Assembly: GCA_002269645.1 (NCBI GenBank)
Contig: NIVC01001183.1
Span: forward strand, 268,206 to 332,205
DNA from: Macrostomum lignano
Taxonomy: Eukaryota
Direction of reading: 5' to 3'
DNA: 64,000 nucleotides
A program made the translations under genes and the position numbers. Below are positions 23,401 through 62,435 of the stretch, one piece after another; position 1 is the first letter of the stretch, and the number at the start of each line of letters is the position of its first letter. The notes under the pieces were generated by a model. That model searched no databases, was not told the origin of the DNA, and saw only the letters and a list, made by a program, of their open reading frames with translations.

Positions 23401-26400
23401 GAGATGCAATGAGTTGAGAATGAGATGCAATGAGCTGAGTTGCGCAATGACTCAATGCAGGGCTAACCTGCTCCTCAGCTATTGTGACAGTTTTAATCGC
23501 GGCCAACTGTTGCCGCGTGGCCGGAGGCGGAGCGCCGCCGTTGCTGTCCACCTGTCCGAGCAGATGGGTCATGACCTGGTCCAGAGCGCCGGTCTCCAGG
23601 AAGTTCATCATGCGGTGCATGCCGAAGCTGAACAGCGGTACAGACTGGTGCTGCTGAGGCCCCTCCTGGTGATGCAGATGGTGCAGCAGGTGGCGCAGAT
23701 GCTGCGCTGTGGCACTGGCGGGTGCCGAGGGAGTAGCAGGTCCTGCCGGCTGGTGAGGGGGGGCATTGACTTTGTATAACACTGAAAAAGCAAATTTGCA
23801 GCAAACAGCGCTTCTCTGGCAAGCAAGCTCTACTTACTTTGAGTCGTTAATCTCTTCAAGGAAGTCCATGCCACATTGACTGCAGGTGATAGTCTAAAAA
23901 CATTTAGAAGAGCAAGCCTACTTTAGTCAAGTTGCCATTTGCTCTTATTTGATTGCTTTGATCAATTTGATTAGTTTATTTGATTGCTTTGATCAATTTG
24001 ATTAGTTTATTTGATTGCTAGACTGCCTAGATATAGCAGGCCTAAACAATGATTTACATACAGGTGACAAATTCTAAGAGAATAAGAGCATATAGGGGCA
24101 TAACCTAGATAGTTTGACTCATACATATGCAACCTTGGGAAGCACCTGGCCATTTCTATTGGCAACACACACATGTAAGTCGCTATTGGCTAAGAGCAAT
24201 TGCATGATTACTATTCTATCCAATAGCGACTTATGGCTTCTTCTTAATCTATATTTCTGACACTATAAACCTTAAAGAAGAAAAGGAAATTTTAGTAGCT
24301 ATATAATATATATATATGAAAGAAAAGTTTAAGTAGCATTATAAAAAAATTACTCTACATGTAAAAATATTAACATTAAATTGAAAATATATATTAGCAC
24401 TATTTTGTCTTTATAATTTTAGGCCTACACCTACATTTTTTTGTAAAAATTGTAAAAATATAAAAAATTATATTTTATTAGCTTTTTATATTAATATATC
24501 AATATTTTGCTTATTATATAGGCTAATAAATAAGTGTTTAACTAAGTAGGAAATTAGAAGATTGCCTGTCTATGCCTATAGGTTGATATAGGCCTTTATC
24601 TATTTAGTCAAGTTTATTTTATTTAATAGTATAGTTATAAAATGAACTTTAATAAAGCATAATATAAAAAGGCCAAAAAATCACAATATAGGCTTAATAA
24701 GCCTGCCCTAGGCTAAATATGGCATTAAGCACTAGTGTTCCACCATAGCCAAAGCTATGGCTATAGGATCCTATGACAAATATGGCAAAATAGGTGCCTA
24801 TAGCAGCTACAGATAGGCCTATGATAGCTAGCTGCTCTTATGGTTACGACTATAGAAATATGGTAGTTACTATCATATTCCATAGATTCCCATAGCCATA
24901 GTTATTAATTTAAAAAAAAAGTGAAAAAATATTAGAAGGAAGTGCTTATTCCCATGGTCCCGTGCCAATAATTCAAATTTTATCCACACGGATCTGTGTT
25001 GATAATTTCTAGCTTATCTTTATGGCAGCTTATTTGGAATAAAGAACATTAAAATGAATCTGTTTAAAAATTGCTTTCACTGTTTTAAAAATCTTCCAAA
25101 AAAACTATATGTATTGAATACTGAATAATATCGAGTTTGTTAAAATTGTTTCATCATTAAAAGGGTTAATTTTAAATATTTGCTTAGCTGCCAGCTGTGC
25201 TTAGAATGACCAAATGACCCAAATATTGAGGCAAATGAGACTTGCAAAATTCAAAATTCAAAATATAATAATAATGATAATATTACTAATAATAATGACA
25301 ATATTGATTTAACGTCAATACACAAAACTAAACACAAGCAACTGCACAATCTTAGCCGTGGGGATAAGCTAAAAATTATTGACACGGATTTGTGTGGATA
25401 AAATTAGAATTATCGGCATGGGACCATGGGGATAAGCACTTCCATATTATTAGAAACAGGTAGAATAAAACAAAGATATTTTAGTAAACTGTATTATCAA
25501 CTTAGAAACTTATATAATATACCTCATAAAGTACAATAAAACACTAGCAAATTTGAATTTTTATTAATGTGAAAAAGTTCAGAATTAGTACTTTCAGTAG
25601 TGATTAAGTATTGTTGCTCAATAAAAAGATGAAATATAATCTTACAAAGACAATTAAGTGTGTCTTTTATTTTCTAACTTAATTTGCAGTTGTTTAAGCA
25701 CTAGGTTATCTTCGTGACCAGGTCCAGGATGGAATTTTTGTGCAAAATCCTAGATGCATTCCATGCATGCTAAAAAAAACTTGTGCACTTGTGCATACAT
25801 TTCTAGCAAACTTGCACAACTTTAAAAAGCTTACGTGCGCACAGCTTAATATTCTAAGAAATCTTGTATAATTTAATTTAAATTTTGAATATTGCACTTG
25901 TTACAGTAAAATAAAGTTATTGCAAATTAAAAAAACAAAGCTACTGGGAACTACAATAAACTAAAAAGAATAATATTTTTAAAGGATTTATTTAAACTTT
26001 AATTAAACATTGTAAAAATATTGCTAAGAAATTCAAGTGGCAAAAAAATTGTGCTTTCATAGGTAAAAAACTTTTTGTTCCAAACTTGTCATATAAAGAT
26101 TCCATCCTAGCAAGTTCTTGATTCAAAATATAAATTGTTTTCTAGACTTTTTGTTAAAACTATGGCTATGGCTATAGGAACTATGGGAATGGGAATATGG
26201 TAATATTAGGGTCCCTATGGCTACAGAATATAGAGAATTGGAATAAGCCATAGTTTTGCTTATGGCTACAGCTATGGTACATGGACCCTCCTTATGGTGG
26301 AACACTATTAAGCACTATGAAGGTTAAAACTAAAAACTAAAGATAAAGTAGGATAAGCAAGTCTTACCGAATTGTCAATGTCATTTGATACTTCAGAGCT

Positions 26401-26442
26401 AGCACGTTCAGTATTGCATTGGTGACAAAAATAGGAAGGCAT
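20439..26442 (-). CDS. RNF126: RNF115/RNF126-family RING-H2 E3 ubiquitin ligase. Exons 26442-26368, 23893-23838, 23781-23468 (apparent frameshift), 21449-21330, 20738-20439
   Basis: N-terminal zinc finger MPSYFCHQC..|TITCSQCGMDFLEEI; LDQVMTHLLGQVDSNGGAPPPA; RING-H2 CFVCLDEF..LPCQHHFHQQCIKPWLEK|RGTCPVCR. GT-AG junctions. RNF115 and RNF126 cannot be distinguished by eye. Confidence 0.88.
20848..21282. repeat. 32-bp minisatellite, ~13 copies, intronic
   Basis: Unit ggcactggagtcccgctgacagcactgggtga. Confidence 0.95.
21583..23440. repeat. 21-bp minisatellite, ~88 copies, intronic
   Basis: Plus-strand unit gagctgagaatgagatgcaat; produces the spurious 637-757 aa ORFs in the track. Confidence 0.97.
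24733..26307. mobile_element. Non-autonomous hAT-like element (1575 bp) in RNF126 intron 1
   Basis: 15-bp TIR tagtgttccaccata / tatggtggaacacta; 8-bp TSD ttaagcac (24725-24732, 26308-26315); subterminal gctatggctatag-type repeats at both ends; no transposase ORF. Confidence 0.88.
24938..25443. mobile_element. Mutator-like MITE (506 bp) nested in the hAT-like element
   Basis: ~80-bp TIRs starting ggaagtgcttat(t/c)cccatggtccc. Left flank atattagaa and right flank atattattagaa fit a 9-bp TSD with a 3-nt slippage. Confidence 0.75.
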
Positions 26443-28967
26443 TTCCTTTCTTCTCCTTTTGCTCTAAAATTCACTTGTCACTAATGTCAATGATAGGGCC
26501 TAGGCTACGAAGGGCAAACAAAAGTCCTGTCTTGTGTTTGATTTATGAGTATGATGCAAAACAATGCCAATGGTTATGGTGGAGCAACTTAAATAGAAAA
26601 GCCTAGCTTACAGGTGTAGCTTTTAAGTATAAGTATATCAAGCCTTGACTGGACCCTAAATTAGATCAACTTAATTTTGTTAATTGTGCTAAATATATTG
26701 CTTTGCCTTTGCCAGGTTAGACCGTCACCTGTCTCGAAATTCCAGTTTCAAGCCTAACTAAATGTCAAACGATAACTTTTTGAAAAATCGGGCCTCAATG
26801 CCCTAAATGAAACTTGAACTTGGAACTTAAACACAGACTACAGTGTCTGTATAGTAGGCTGTTTTGCACTTAAATGTACTGTTGACCTTATTGGATTCAG
26901 GAGCTGAAGCTGAACGATCCTATTTTATAATTACTTCGTTTTCCAGCAGGCGAAACACCCTCTGTTTATAAGAAATACGCTAACCGACACTAGGGCCTGG
27001 AAATTCGGTAGTATGAAAAATATTACTTATGGAGTTTTACAAAAATATTTTGGTGTTTTATTGTGCTGAACGTTAAGAGCACTGGAAACTGCAATAAATT
27101 TCGCCAATAGTAACTATTTTTTTGTTATAACTTTCAGAAAAAGATCAAATCACAGAAATCACTATACTTACCTTTTTTGACCACCACAATTGCTACTGTA
27201 GAAAAAAATAATTACAATACCTCCAGAACCAGCTGATTTACACTTTTCGTTGACCTCGCTTTACAACACAACTGAAATACAAGTATATTGAATTACAGCT
27301 TTCATGAAAGATATACTATATACGTATATTAAAGGTACACAATTTAGTAGCGTACTAAGGGGTGGGAGGACCACCCCATGGTAAAAGCTGTGGGGCATGC
27401 CAATGCTTTGAGCCCTGCTCCTTAATTTAATAATTTTGATTGAAAGTGCCAAAATGAGTGCCTGTGCTGCTGAGAGCCAAAAATTATAAGAGTGTCGGTG
27501 GCGCAAAAATCAGTAGTAGTAACAACACTGCTGATTCCCAAAATAATAAACGAATTCTTCGTTTAGAATTCTTGGTTTTCCATAATTCTCCAGGATTTCT
27601 CTAACGGGTCGCAAGGTGGGTCGGGACATGTCCCCAAGCCCGTACAGCAAATTACGTACATTGCATATTTGGATACGTAAATGTGATTCTACGGGAAGGT
27701 CCTCCCAGTGACCACGCACCTGCACGTACAGCTATCTATCTAGTAGTACACATGTCCATGCACTTAATGTTTCGTCGACTGCTTGTGCTGGCTGACTCTG
27801 AATACATAATATTTTTGCATGTACACTGTTTGCGGCATTTGCCGCTCTTGATGCTAAATTTGAAGAAAATGCGCCCGACTTGCGCACAGTCAAGATGGCA
27901 ATTAAATCCGGTTAGAGGATTGTCAGAGAATTAAAACATGAATCAGCACTATTAGCCAGCAATTAAAGAGCTGGGGGGGGGCAATCGAAAAGTCTATCAG
28001 CTGCCCAACCAAGTATGCTAAAATAACGACTAAAAAGTGCGGGAAGCTACTCCAGCCCTCCGCTACTCTGACTCAATGCATGTTGCTTCTACACGACATT
28101 CAAGAAATAAAAAAGCGTGGTTTAAAAAAGACGCACTTGCTGGACGGGGCTGTCCAATCAGAATGCGCACCCCTACAGCAGCTGCTGGTCCCGCTGTATG
28201 CGCTACCACACAGATACTCATGCAATAAGATGAGAACCAATTTTGCTACCCGAAACATATCATCGTCTAATCCATCAGGTGTTATCGGCTAAACCGAGCA
28301 TTGTCACCAGGATTCTCAGGCTGTTCTCCCCGTCTCCATGCCAATATCCCGAGCTCTCCCAGCCAGCCGAAAATCAAGCCTGCGATCTCCCCGTCTCTGC
28401 GTTGGCGCTGAATAAATTTGTGCGCGTCTTCTTTCTTTCTTTCTTTCTTTCGCCAGTATGGAGACGAACGGCGTAGCGGAGTGGAAGAGAATAGCAGAGG
28501 CAGACGGCCTTTGCGAGTGCGCAGCTCGCAGTCCCCCGTTCCAGGCGTAGACTTTGCTCAGGGACAGAGAAGTGCGCCCTCTCCGGCTCTACGCGGCTCT
28601 CTTTCGCGCCAACTCTTATTTCTATTCTGCGTAGATCAAAAACTAAAAGCAACAGACTGTCTCTACCTGTTCCGCTCCGTTGTCTTTTAGCATATCAAGT
28701 AGCTTATCTGCAGCGGCAGATCAGTCAGTGAAGCAGACAGCAGAGAGCGTGAATCCCGGATCTTCCAGCGGCTACCGTAAGTCCCCATTCAGCCAACTGC
28801 AACTCGAACCGAGCAGAGTCAAACACATCAAACTCAATTAGCAGCAGGCGGGAGCCAATGCGGCCCGGCAGCGAACACCGCGCGCACGTGGCCCCGGCAG
28901 AGGCAGCGACACCTGCGCAGCTGCGCGGCACTTCGTGAACGAAGCTCTGCAGCCTGCGTGAGGCATC

Positions 28968-55208
<26,241 letters not shown>

Positions 55209-55987
55209 CGGGCCGGATAAGCCCAGCGCACGGCTGAGCGCTCCGATGCCGCCTGCATTGAAAAGCAGCGCCGACCAGCTCCCTCATTCAAGTCTCCACT
55301 GCGCCAATGCGGTTTCAACAGTCGGCAGTCGCTGATGAGAGGCGCTGCTCAACCGCGGATGCACCCTCGCTATTTTCCTCACTTGTCTTGTCATGAACAG
55401 AAATTTATTCTAGATCCCAAGATTTATGGCCCGGCAATCGCCTCCATTGAAAGACAGTCAGCCATAGTCGGTAACCGGATTGTGGGGCCAGCTTGAGTCC
55501 TAATTATCATATAAATATTCTATTTTTATTCGCGGCTAAATTTCACAAAACAAAAACTGTCTAATGAATTTTTTTGAATTTCTGAGTCTGCAGATAATCG
55601 CTTTCTCTTCCTCAAATCCCTGTACTCGTCACCTCCCGCGCACTGCTGGCATGCGGATGTGAAATACACTGTCGAAGAATTCAGCGCTACAGAGTCGCTC
55701 CACTGTGCATAAGCCCAACTGCGGATCCATCAACTGAAGCCAAGAATTTTTTTTTGTTTCACAGCGCTGGGAAACTTGCCCCCGCGTGTCACTTGGACAC
55801 TTGGGTGGCAATTCAAACCCGTGCTTTAAAGTATTTTGTCATTGCATGTACACATATAATGACATAGAAAGTAGTACATGTAGAACAAAAGATTGATGTT
55901 TTATAAGCTGTAGCTGTCTCAGTACATCTTGGGTGCATGGACCACACACACTACTAATCTGCTTGTCGGTGGTTTCAACTGAACTCG

Positions 55988-56187
55988 TCTCAAATGCATC
56001 GGTCTCAAATCCACCGGTCTCAAATGCACCTGTCTAAGTGCACCGGTCTCAAATGCACCTGTCTAAGTGCACCGGTCTCAAATGCACCAGTCACAAATGC
56101 ACCGGTCTCAAATGCACCGGTCTCAAATGCACCTGTCTCAAACGCACCGGTCTCAAATGCACCTGTCTAAGTGCACCGGTCTCAAAT
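55988..56187. repeat. 14/15-bp minisatellite, intergenic
   Basis: Unit gtctcaaatgcacc(g/t). Confidence 0.9.
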
Positions 56188-56707
56188 GATATCTGCACAA
56201 TTTAGGAGTGCAGCCCCCTAGAGCAACTTAGTTGCCCGGGAATCCTCAACCTTCGGCACAGAGACGAGAAAAAGGTAGAAACGAAGAGCAAATATTTGTG
56301 AGCAATCGAAGTATTGAATTTAAACACACGCAATGCAATAAATAAATATATTTCCATAGAGCAGCAGATTATTGCTTGAATTGAAAAGGCAAAACCATGC
56401 AAAAAAGGCTCGGCAGGCGGACAGTCTGAGCTCAGCGAGATTGGCGAACAGGAGCAAATCAGGCGCAGCCCAGTGCAAGGCTGGATACTGCAGATTAGCG
56501 GACTCGGCTGTGCGTACATTGATTCACATTATTAATGCTTAACAGTTAAAACAGCAAGTCATTTTCTGCAAGTTCAAATCAAGACATCTAAATTTGCTTC
56601 TCGAATTACTTAAAGCTGCTTAATAACCGGGGGGAGCCCGTTTTGGGAAAGTCGAGGAAAACCGAGTGGAAAAGAACTGGCTTGGACTGAGTGGGGTTGA
56701 AAATGGT

Positions 56708-58150
56708 AGGGAGTGCACATTGGGAGGATAGGGAGTGTACATTGGATGGATAGGGAGTGTACATTAGATGGGAGGGAGTGTACATTGGATGGTTGGGGAG
56801 TGTACATTGGGTGGGAAGGGAGTGTACATTAGATGGGAGGGAGTGTACATTAGATGGGAGGGAGTGTACACTGGGTGGGAAGGGAGTGTACATTGGATGG
56901 ATAGGGAGTGTACATTGGATGGGTAGGGAGTGTACATTGGATGGGTAGGGAGTGTACATTAGATGGGAGGGAGTGTACATTGGATGGGTAGGGAGTGTAC
57001 ATTAGATGGGAGGGAGTGTACATTGGATGGGTAGGGAGTGTACATTGGATGGGTAGGGAGTGTACATTGGATGGTTGGGGAGTGTACATTGGATGGGAGG
57101 GAGTGTACATTGGATGGTTGGGGAGTGTACATTGGGTGGGAAGGGAGTGTACATTAGATGGGAGGGAGTGTACATTAGATGGGAGGGAGTGTACACTGGG
57201 TGGGAAGGGAGTGTACATTGGATGGATAGGGAGTGTACATTGGATGGGTAGGGAGTGTACATTGGATGGGTAGGGAGTGTACATTAGATGGGAGGGAGTG
57301 TACATTGGATGGGTAGGGAGTGTACATTAGATGGGAGGGAGTGTACATTGGATGGGTAGGGAGTGTACATTGGATGGGTAGGGAGTGTACATTGGATGGT
57401 TGGGGAGTGTACATTGGATGGGTAGGGAGTGTACATTGGATGGGTAGGGAGTGTACATTGGATGGTTGGGGAGTGTACATTGGGTGGGAAGGGAGTGTAC
57501 ATTGGATGGATAGGGAGTGTACATTGGATGGGTAGGGAGTGTACATTGGATAGTTGGGGAGTGTACATTGGGTGGGAAGGGAGTGTACATTGGGTGGGAA
57601 GGGAGTGTACATTGGATGGATAGGGAGTGTACATTGGATGGATAGGGAGTGTACATTGGATGGATAGGGAGTGTACATTAGATGGGTAGGGAGTGTACAT
57701 TGGATGGTTGGGGAGTGTACATTGGGTGGGAAGGGAGTGTACATTGGGTGGGAAGGGAGTGTACATTGGATGGATAGGGAGTGTACATTGGATGGATAGG
57801 GAGTGTACATTGGATGGGTAGGGAGTGTACATTGGATGGTTGGGGAGTGTACATTGGGTGGGAAGGGAGTGTACATTGGGTGGGAAGGGAGTGTACATTG
57901 GGTGGGAAGGGAGTGTACATTGGATGGATAGGGAGTGTACATTGGATGGATAGGGAGTGTACATTGGATGGGTAGGGAGTGTACATTGGATGGTTGGGGA
58001 GTGTACATTGGGTGGGAAGGGAGTGCACATTGGATGGGTAGGGAGTGTACATTGGATGGTTGGGGAGTGTACATTGGGTGGGAAGGGAGTGTACATTGGG
58101 TGGGAAGGGAGTGAACATTGGGTGGGTAGGGAGTGCACATTGGGTGGGTA
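56708..58150. repeat. 21/22-bp minisatellite, ~65 copies, between convergent genes
   Basis: Unit gggagtgtacattggatggata and variants. Confidence 0.96.
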
Positions 58151-58752
58151 AAGCAGTTATAAGGCCGAGTCGATCAGCAAAGATCTGCAACCGCGGCACC
58201 GCGTCGTGTGTAGAATCGGATTACATTGAAAATAAGCATCTGCAGGGCATTCAGTAAAAGCTTCGCTATTGACACAAGCCAAATTAATTAGCAATTAATT
58301 CGCCACTCACAGAGTAAAAAATTAGCGCTACTAACAGTAGTAGTAGACAGAGCAGTTAAACAAATAAATTCGCTACTAAAAGAAGCTTATTGCGGGTCGG
58401 CAAGAAAAGAGAATAAGTAATAAATAGAACTGCAAAGTCGCAGACTGGAGAGATTGCCACGGAGCAGAAAAAAAGCAACACACTATTGCAGAAGCAAGCG
58501 CACGCGGAAGCGCCAGCAGAAACACCCAACTCAAAGTAGCGATGGATAAGAATAAACAAACAACTCGGCTAGACAGCAGCGGGGCCGGGAAGGCAAACTC
58601 GAGTTTTATAAGATAAGCCGCTGTAGACTTGTGCTATTGAAAGAACTCATTGTACTATTGCAGCAGTTGAAGCAGTACGAATACAGCACGCATATATATA
58701 TAATGAAATAGTTTATAATAGGTGTGCTGCAACTGTTGCTGACAGCGGTCGG

Positions 58753-61511
58753 TCAGGTTTCCATCCGCCTGACCATCTCCAGCACGCGGGAGTTCCTGTT
58801 GCTCGCGTCGGCAGCTGAAGAAGCTGAGCTCGGCTTGGCTGCTGTGGCGAGCGGCGGTCGAGGCGGTCGCTGCTGCGGCTGTCAAATGCGGATGTGGGAT
58901 GGGGGTATAGCCAGTTTGATGAAGGGAGGCTGCGGGCGCTGCCGCAATCAAGTTTGAATCAATCAAATTGACAAGCCAGTTTGATGAAGGGAGGCTGCGG
59001 GCGCTGCCGCAATCCAGTTTGAATCAATCAAATTGACAAGCCAGTTTGATGAAGGGAGGCTGCGGGCGCTGCCGCAATCCAGTTTGAATCAATCAAATTT
59101 GACAAGCAAGTCTGATGAAGGGAGGCTGCGGGCGCTGCCGCAATCCAGTTTGAATCAATAAAATTGACAAGCCAGTTTGATGAAGGGAGGCTGCGGGCGC
59201 TGCCGCAATCAAGTTTGAATCAATCAAATTTGACAAGCCAGTTTGATGAAGGGAGGCTGCGGGCGCTGCCGCAATCAAGTTTGAATCAATCAAATTGACA
59301 AGCCAGTTTGATGAAGGGAGGCTGCGGGCGCTGCCGCAATCAAGTTTGAATCAATCAAATTTGACAAGCCAGTCTGATGAAGGGAGGCTGCGGGCGCTGC
59401 CGCAATCCAGTTTGAATCAATCAAATTTGACAAGCTGGAAATTTTAGACTGGAACAACCTCGCTCATCCACTTTAATGAGTTCGAAGATACGAGACTTAG
59501 AGCTCGTGAAGTCTGATGGATTGACTCTCCCAGTCCGCCAGTCCCAGATAACGCACGCACGCGCTCGCACACGGTGGGCGCAAAGCGGCCCTGACTTTCT
59601 CATCCTCAGATGAAGCACAAACTGCAGGAGTCCAAACTAATGATAGAATGTTTAGAGACTCGAACTCCGCACTTACCGGCTTGGCTTCCGCCGCAGTCGC
59701 AGGCGATTCATCAGCAGCTGGGGAGGCTGCCGTTGTCGGCGGCACATCGGCGACTGCCTGCTGCTGCTGCAACGGCGGCTCAGTGGCCAGCGCCGTCACA
59801 GGTCGGAGGCGCCGCCTAGCGAGAAACTCCGGGGTCGGTGTCGAAGTGGCAGCGGCGCCGGCCGTGGCAGCGGGAGCGGTCTCCTGCCGGCGCTTGACGA
59901 ACACAACGGAGGTCGGGCGGAGAGCGGCACCGCTGGCTGTCGGCGGCGGCTCCACGATGGGCAGCATGGCCTTGGCGGTCTGCACTGCCGTCTCCTCGCG
60001 GATGAAGTCCAGCAGAAGCGGGGCGGTCGCCGGACCGGCAGCCGCTGAGGTTGGCGAGGCCGCCGCTGAGGAGGCCGCAGAGCTCAAAGAGGCCGCGCCG
60101 GTCGCGCTGGCCGAGGCGGGCGAAGTCGGCCGGGTAGGCGGGCGGCGCCGGCGAACGGCCATGCGGTGGTGCGCGGCCGAGTGGTCAAGCGACTGCATGC
60201 CAGCGTCCAGCGATGCGGCGTCCGAGGCGGCTTCGTCGGCCACGGAGGAGCCGTATGACAGCAACGACCGCGTGGAGGCCGAGCGGCTGCCGCCGCCGCC
60301 ACTGCCCATGATCCGACCGCCTCCTCCGCCGCTGCTGCCGGAGATGACGGCGGTGGGACTGCGCGGGAGGCCTTCGTCATCAGAGGCGGAGGCCGCTGGT
60401 GGGCCGCCGCCAGACTGGGACCGCTCCGGCCGGGGCCGGAAGGAGGGCGGCCGCGGGCCGAGCACAATAGGCAGCTGGCGGTCGGACAGTTTCTGCTCCT
60501 AGAAGAGATGGGATAAAAAGAGATGAACAGCGGTGATAAACCGGGATTAATAAGTAGATTGCTTTAGAGAGGATTAAGAGGCATTCTTGGGATGAGGATT
60601 AAAAGACATTCTTGGGATGAGGATTAGGAGACATTCTCAGGATGAGGATTAAGAGACATTGTCGGGATGAGGATTAAGAGACATTCTCGGGATGAGGATT
60701 AAGAGACATTCTCGGGATGAGGATTAAGAGACATTGTCGGGATGAGGATTAAGAGACATTCTCGGGATGAGGATTAAGAGACATTCTCGGGATGGGGATT
60801 AAGAGACATTCTCGGGATGGGGATTAAGAGACATTCTCGGATGAGGATTAAAAGACATTCTTGGGATGAGGATTAAAAGACATTCTTGGGATGAGGATTA
60901 GGAGACATTCTCAGGATGAGGATTAAGAGACATTGTCGGGATGAGGATTAAGAGACATTCTCGGGATGAGGATTAAGAGACATTCTCGGGATGAGGATTA
61001 AGAGACATTGTCGGGATGAGGATTAAGAGACATTCTCGGATGAGGATTAAGAGACATTCTCGGGATGGGGATTAAGAGACATTCTCGGGATGGGGATTAA
61101 GAGACATTCTCGGGATGAGGATTAAGAGACATTCTCGGGATGAGGATTTAAGAGACAAATAAAAATTAGCAGGCTCACCAGCCCCATCAGGCGGGACTTG
61201 AAGTCGCCCAGCGATCCCGCAGGTGCAGTCCTGCCGAGACTGCCATGCAGAGCGGACGAAGGGCCGCCGGCAGCTGAAGCGGCAGCAGGTGTGGCAGCGG
61301 CGGACTCGCCAGCAGCGCCGCCGTCGCCAACGTCAACAGCCAGCAGCTGGGGGTCGAGTGATTCAACGCCGCGGCACACCGACAGCTCTGGCTCGGACTG
61401 CCAGCGGTCCGTCCCGGCCGCAGCGGCGGCTCCGATCGCCTGCTGGTCCGGCGGCGGCGGCTGCTGCTGCCGCGGCCCGCCTCGGCGGAACAGATTTCTC
61501 AGCCGCTTCAT
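58753..61511 (-). CDS. Low-complexity ~426-aa protein with a CRACD/KIAA1211-like motif. Exons 61511-61179, 60498-59677, 58878-58753
   Basis: Three phase-0 GT-AG joined exons give MKRLRNLFRR...SLDHSAAHHRMAVRRRRPP...SRVLEMVRRMET*. The motif resembles the recalled KIAA1211-family LDNSAAKHKLAVKPK. Confidence 0.65.
58910..59435. repeat. 65/66-bp minisatellite, 8 copies, intronic
   Basis: gccagtttgatgaagggagg recurs at 58910, 58975, 59040. Confidence 0.95.
60576..61157. repeat. 25-bp minisatellite, ~23 copies, intronic
   Basis: Unit gggatgaggattaagagacattctc. Confidence 0.95.
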
Positions 61512-62435
61512 CAGCTGCTGGGAGGCTGCAAGCCGAGGGCTGGAGTGAAGATTCGATACTGTCAGAATTATTAATTACTGGGACAAATCCAAACTTGCCC
61601 CTGGCAACTATCAGCAACAGGCCTCAAGCGCTAAGCTAAGCAAAAGAAGAAACGAAGCAAGACAGAAGCATTTTGCTTTTTTGCTTGATTTTGAACTAAA
61701 TTTATTTGACAAACATGCCGGTCGAATATTCTTTTAAATGTACGCGCAATATTTGCAAATTACAGACGCGAGACATGATCGGTGGCTACAAATTGATGCT
61801 TACACAGGCTGGGTGCGCCAGGGGCTGCCGCTGAGAACTGCTCCGAGAACTCAGAGATGGACAAACAGAGAGCCAGAATTAGAGCAGAGGCAGGGAATCA
61901 CCATACATGAATATATATAGAAGTATATAAGTTATAACAAATAAGAAAATATGTAAAGCCCAGTCTAAGCGAAGGGGAGAGGAACTGGGGCAGCGCGATA
62001 CTCCAATAGGCGAGAACAACAGAATTTTGTTGCAAAAATTACACGGGGCTGCCAACTTCAAAGGGCCGCAGACGATGCAAAATCAGCGATAGGAGGACAC
62101 TGGGCCTCATCTGCGCTGCTTGGACTGGTGCGTAAGCTGCGCGTACGCAGGCAAATTTATCTGGTAAATAAAGCCGCATGACTGACAGCTCGCGGTCTGT
62201 CAATCTCTCTCTCGCAGTCCCCGGCGCCGCACTCAGCCTTCACTGCAGCCACAGTAAGCCGGAGGGTCTAAAAACGGCACAGAATCAATCGGACGCGATA
62301 GAAAGTGCGGATCGGACAGGCAAACGGAAAAAGCTGGTGCAAACTGCGCCCTGGCGGCAATACAACAGCAGCTATTATAGCGGGAGGGGCGGCTGAGACA
62401 CAAAAATAGCGGAGATGCGGGATTGCTGACAGCCG

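Noticed and set aside
21509-23782. 637-757 aa ORFs with heptad repeats on both strands
   Set aside because: Produced by a stop-free 21-bp array inside a GT-AG intron between RNF126 exons; not called as genes.
26990-27420. tagggc../..gccctg ends suggesting another hAT element
   Set aside because: Inverted match too short and no TSD found.
59648-60502. Antisense and alternate-frame ORFs over GC-rich exons (also 8925-9356, 10267-10821, 32520-33320, 47202-47763, 54818-55204, 62550-62915)
   Set aside because: Shadow ORFs of real exons; no recognisable motifs or splice logic.
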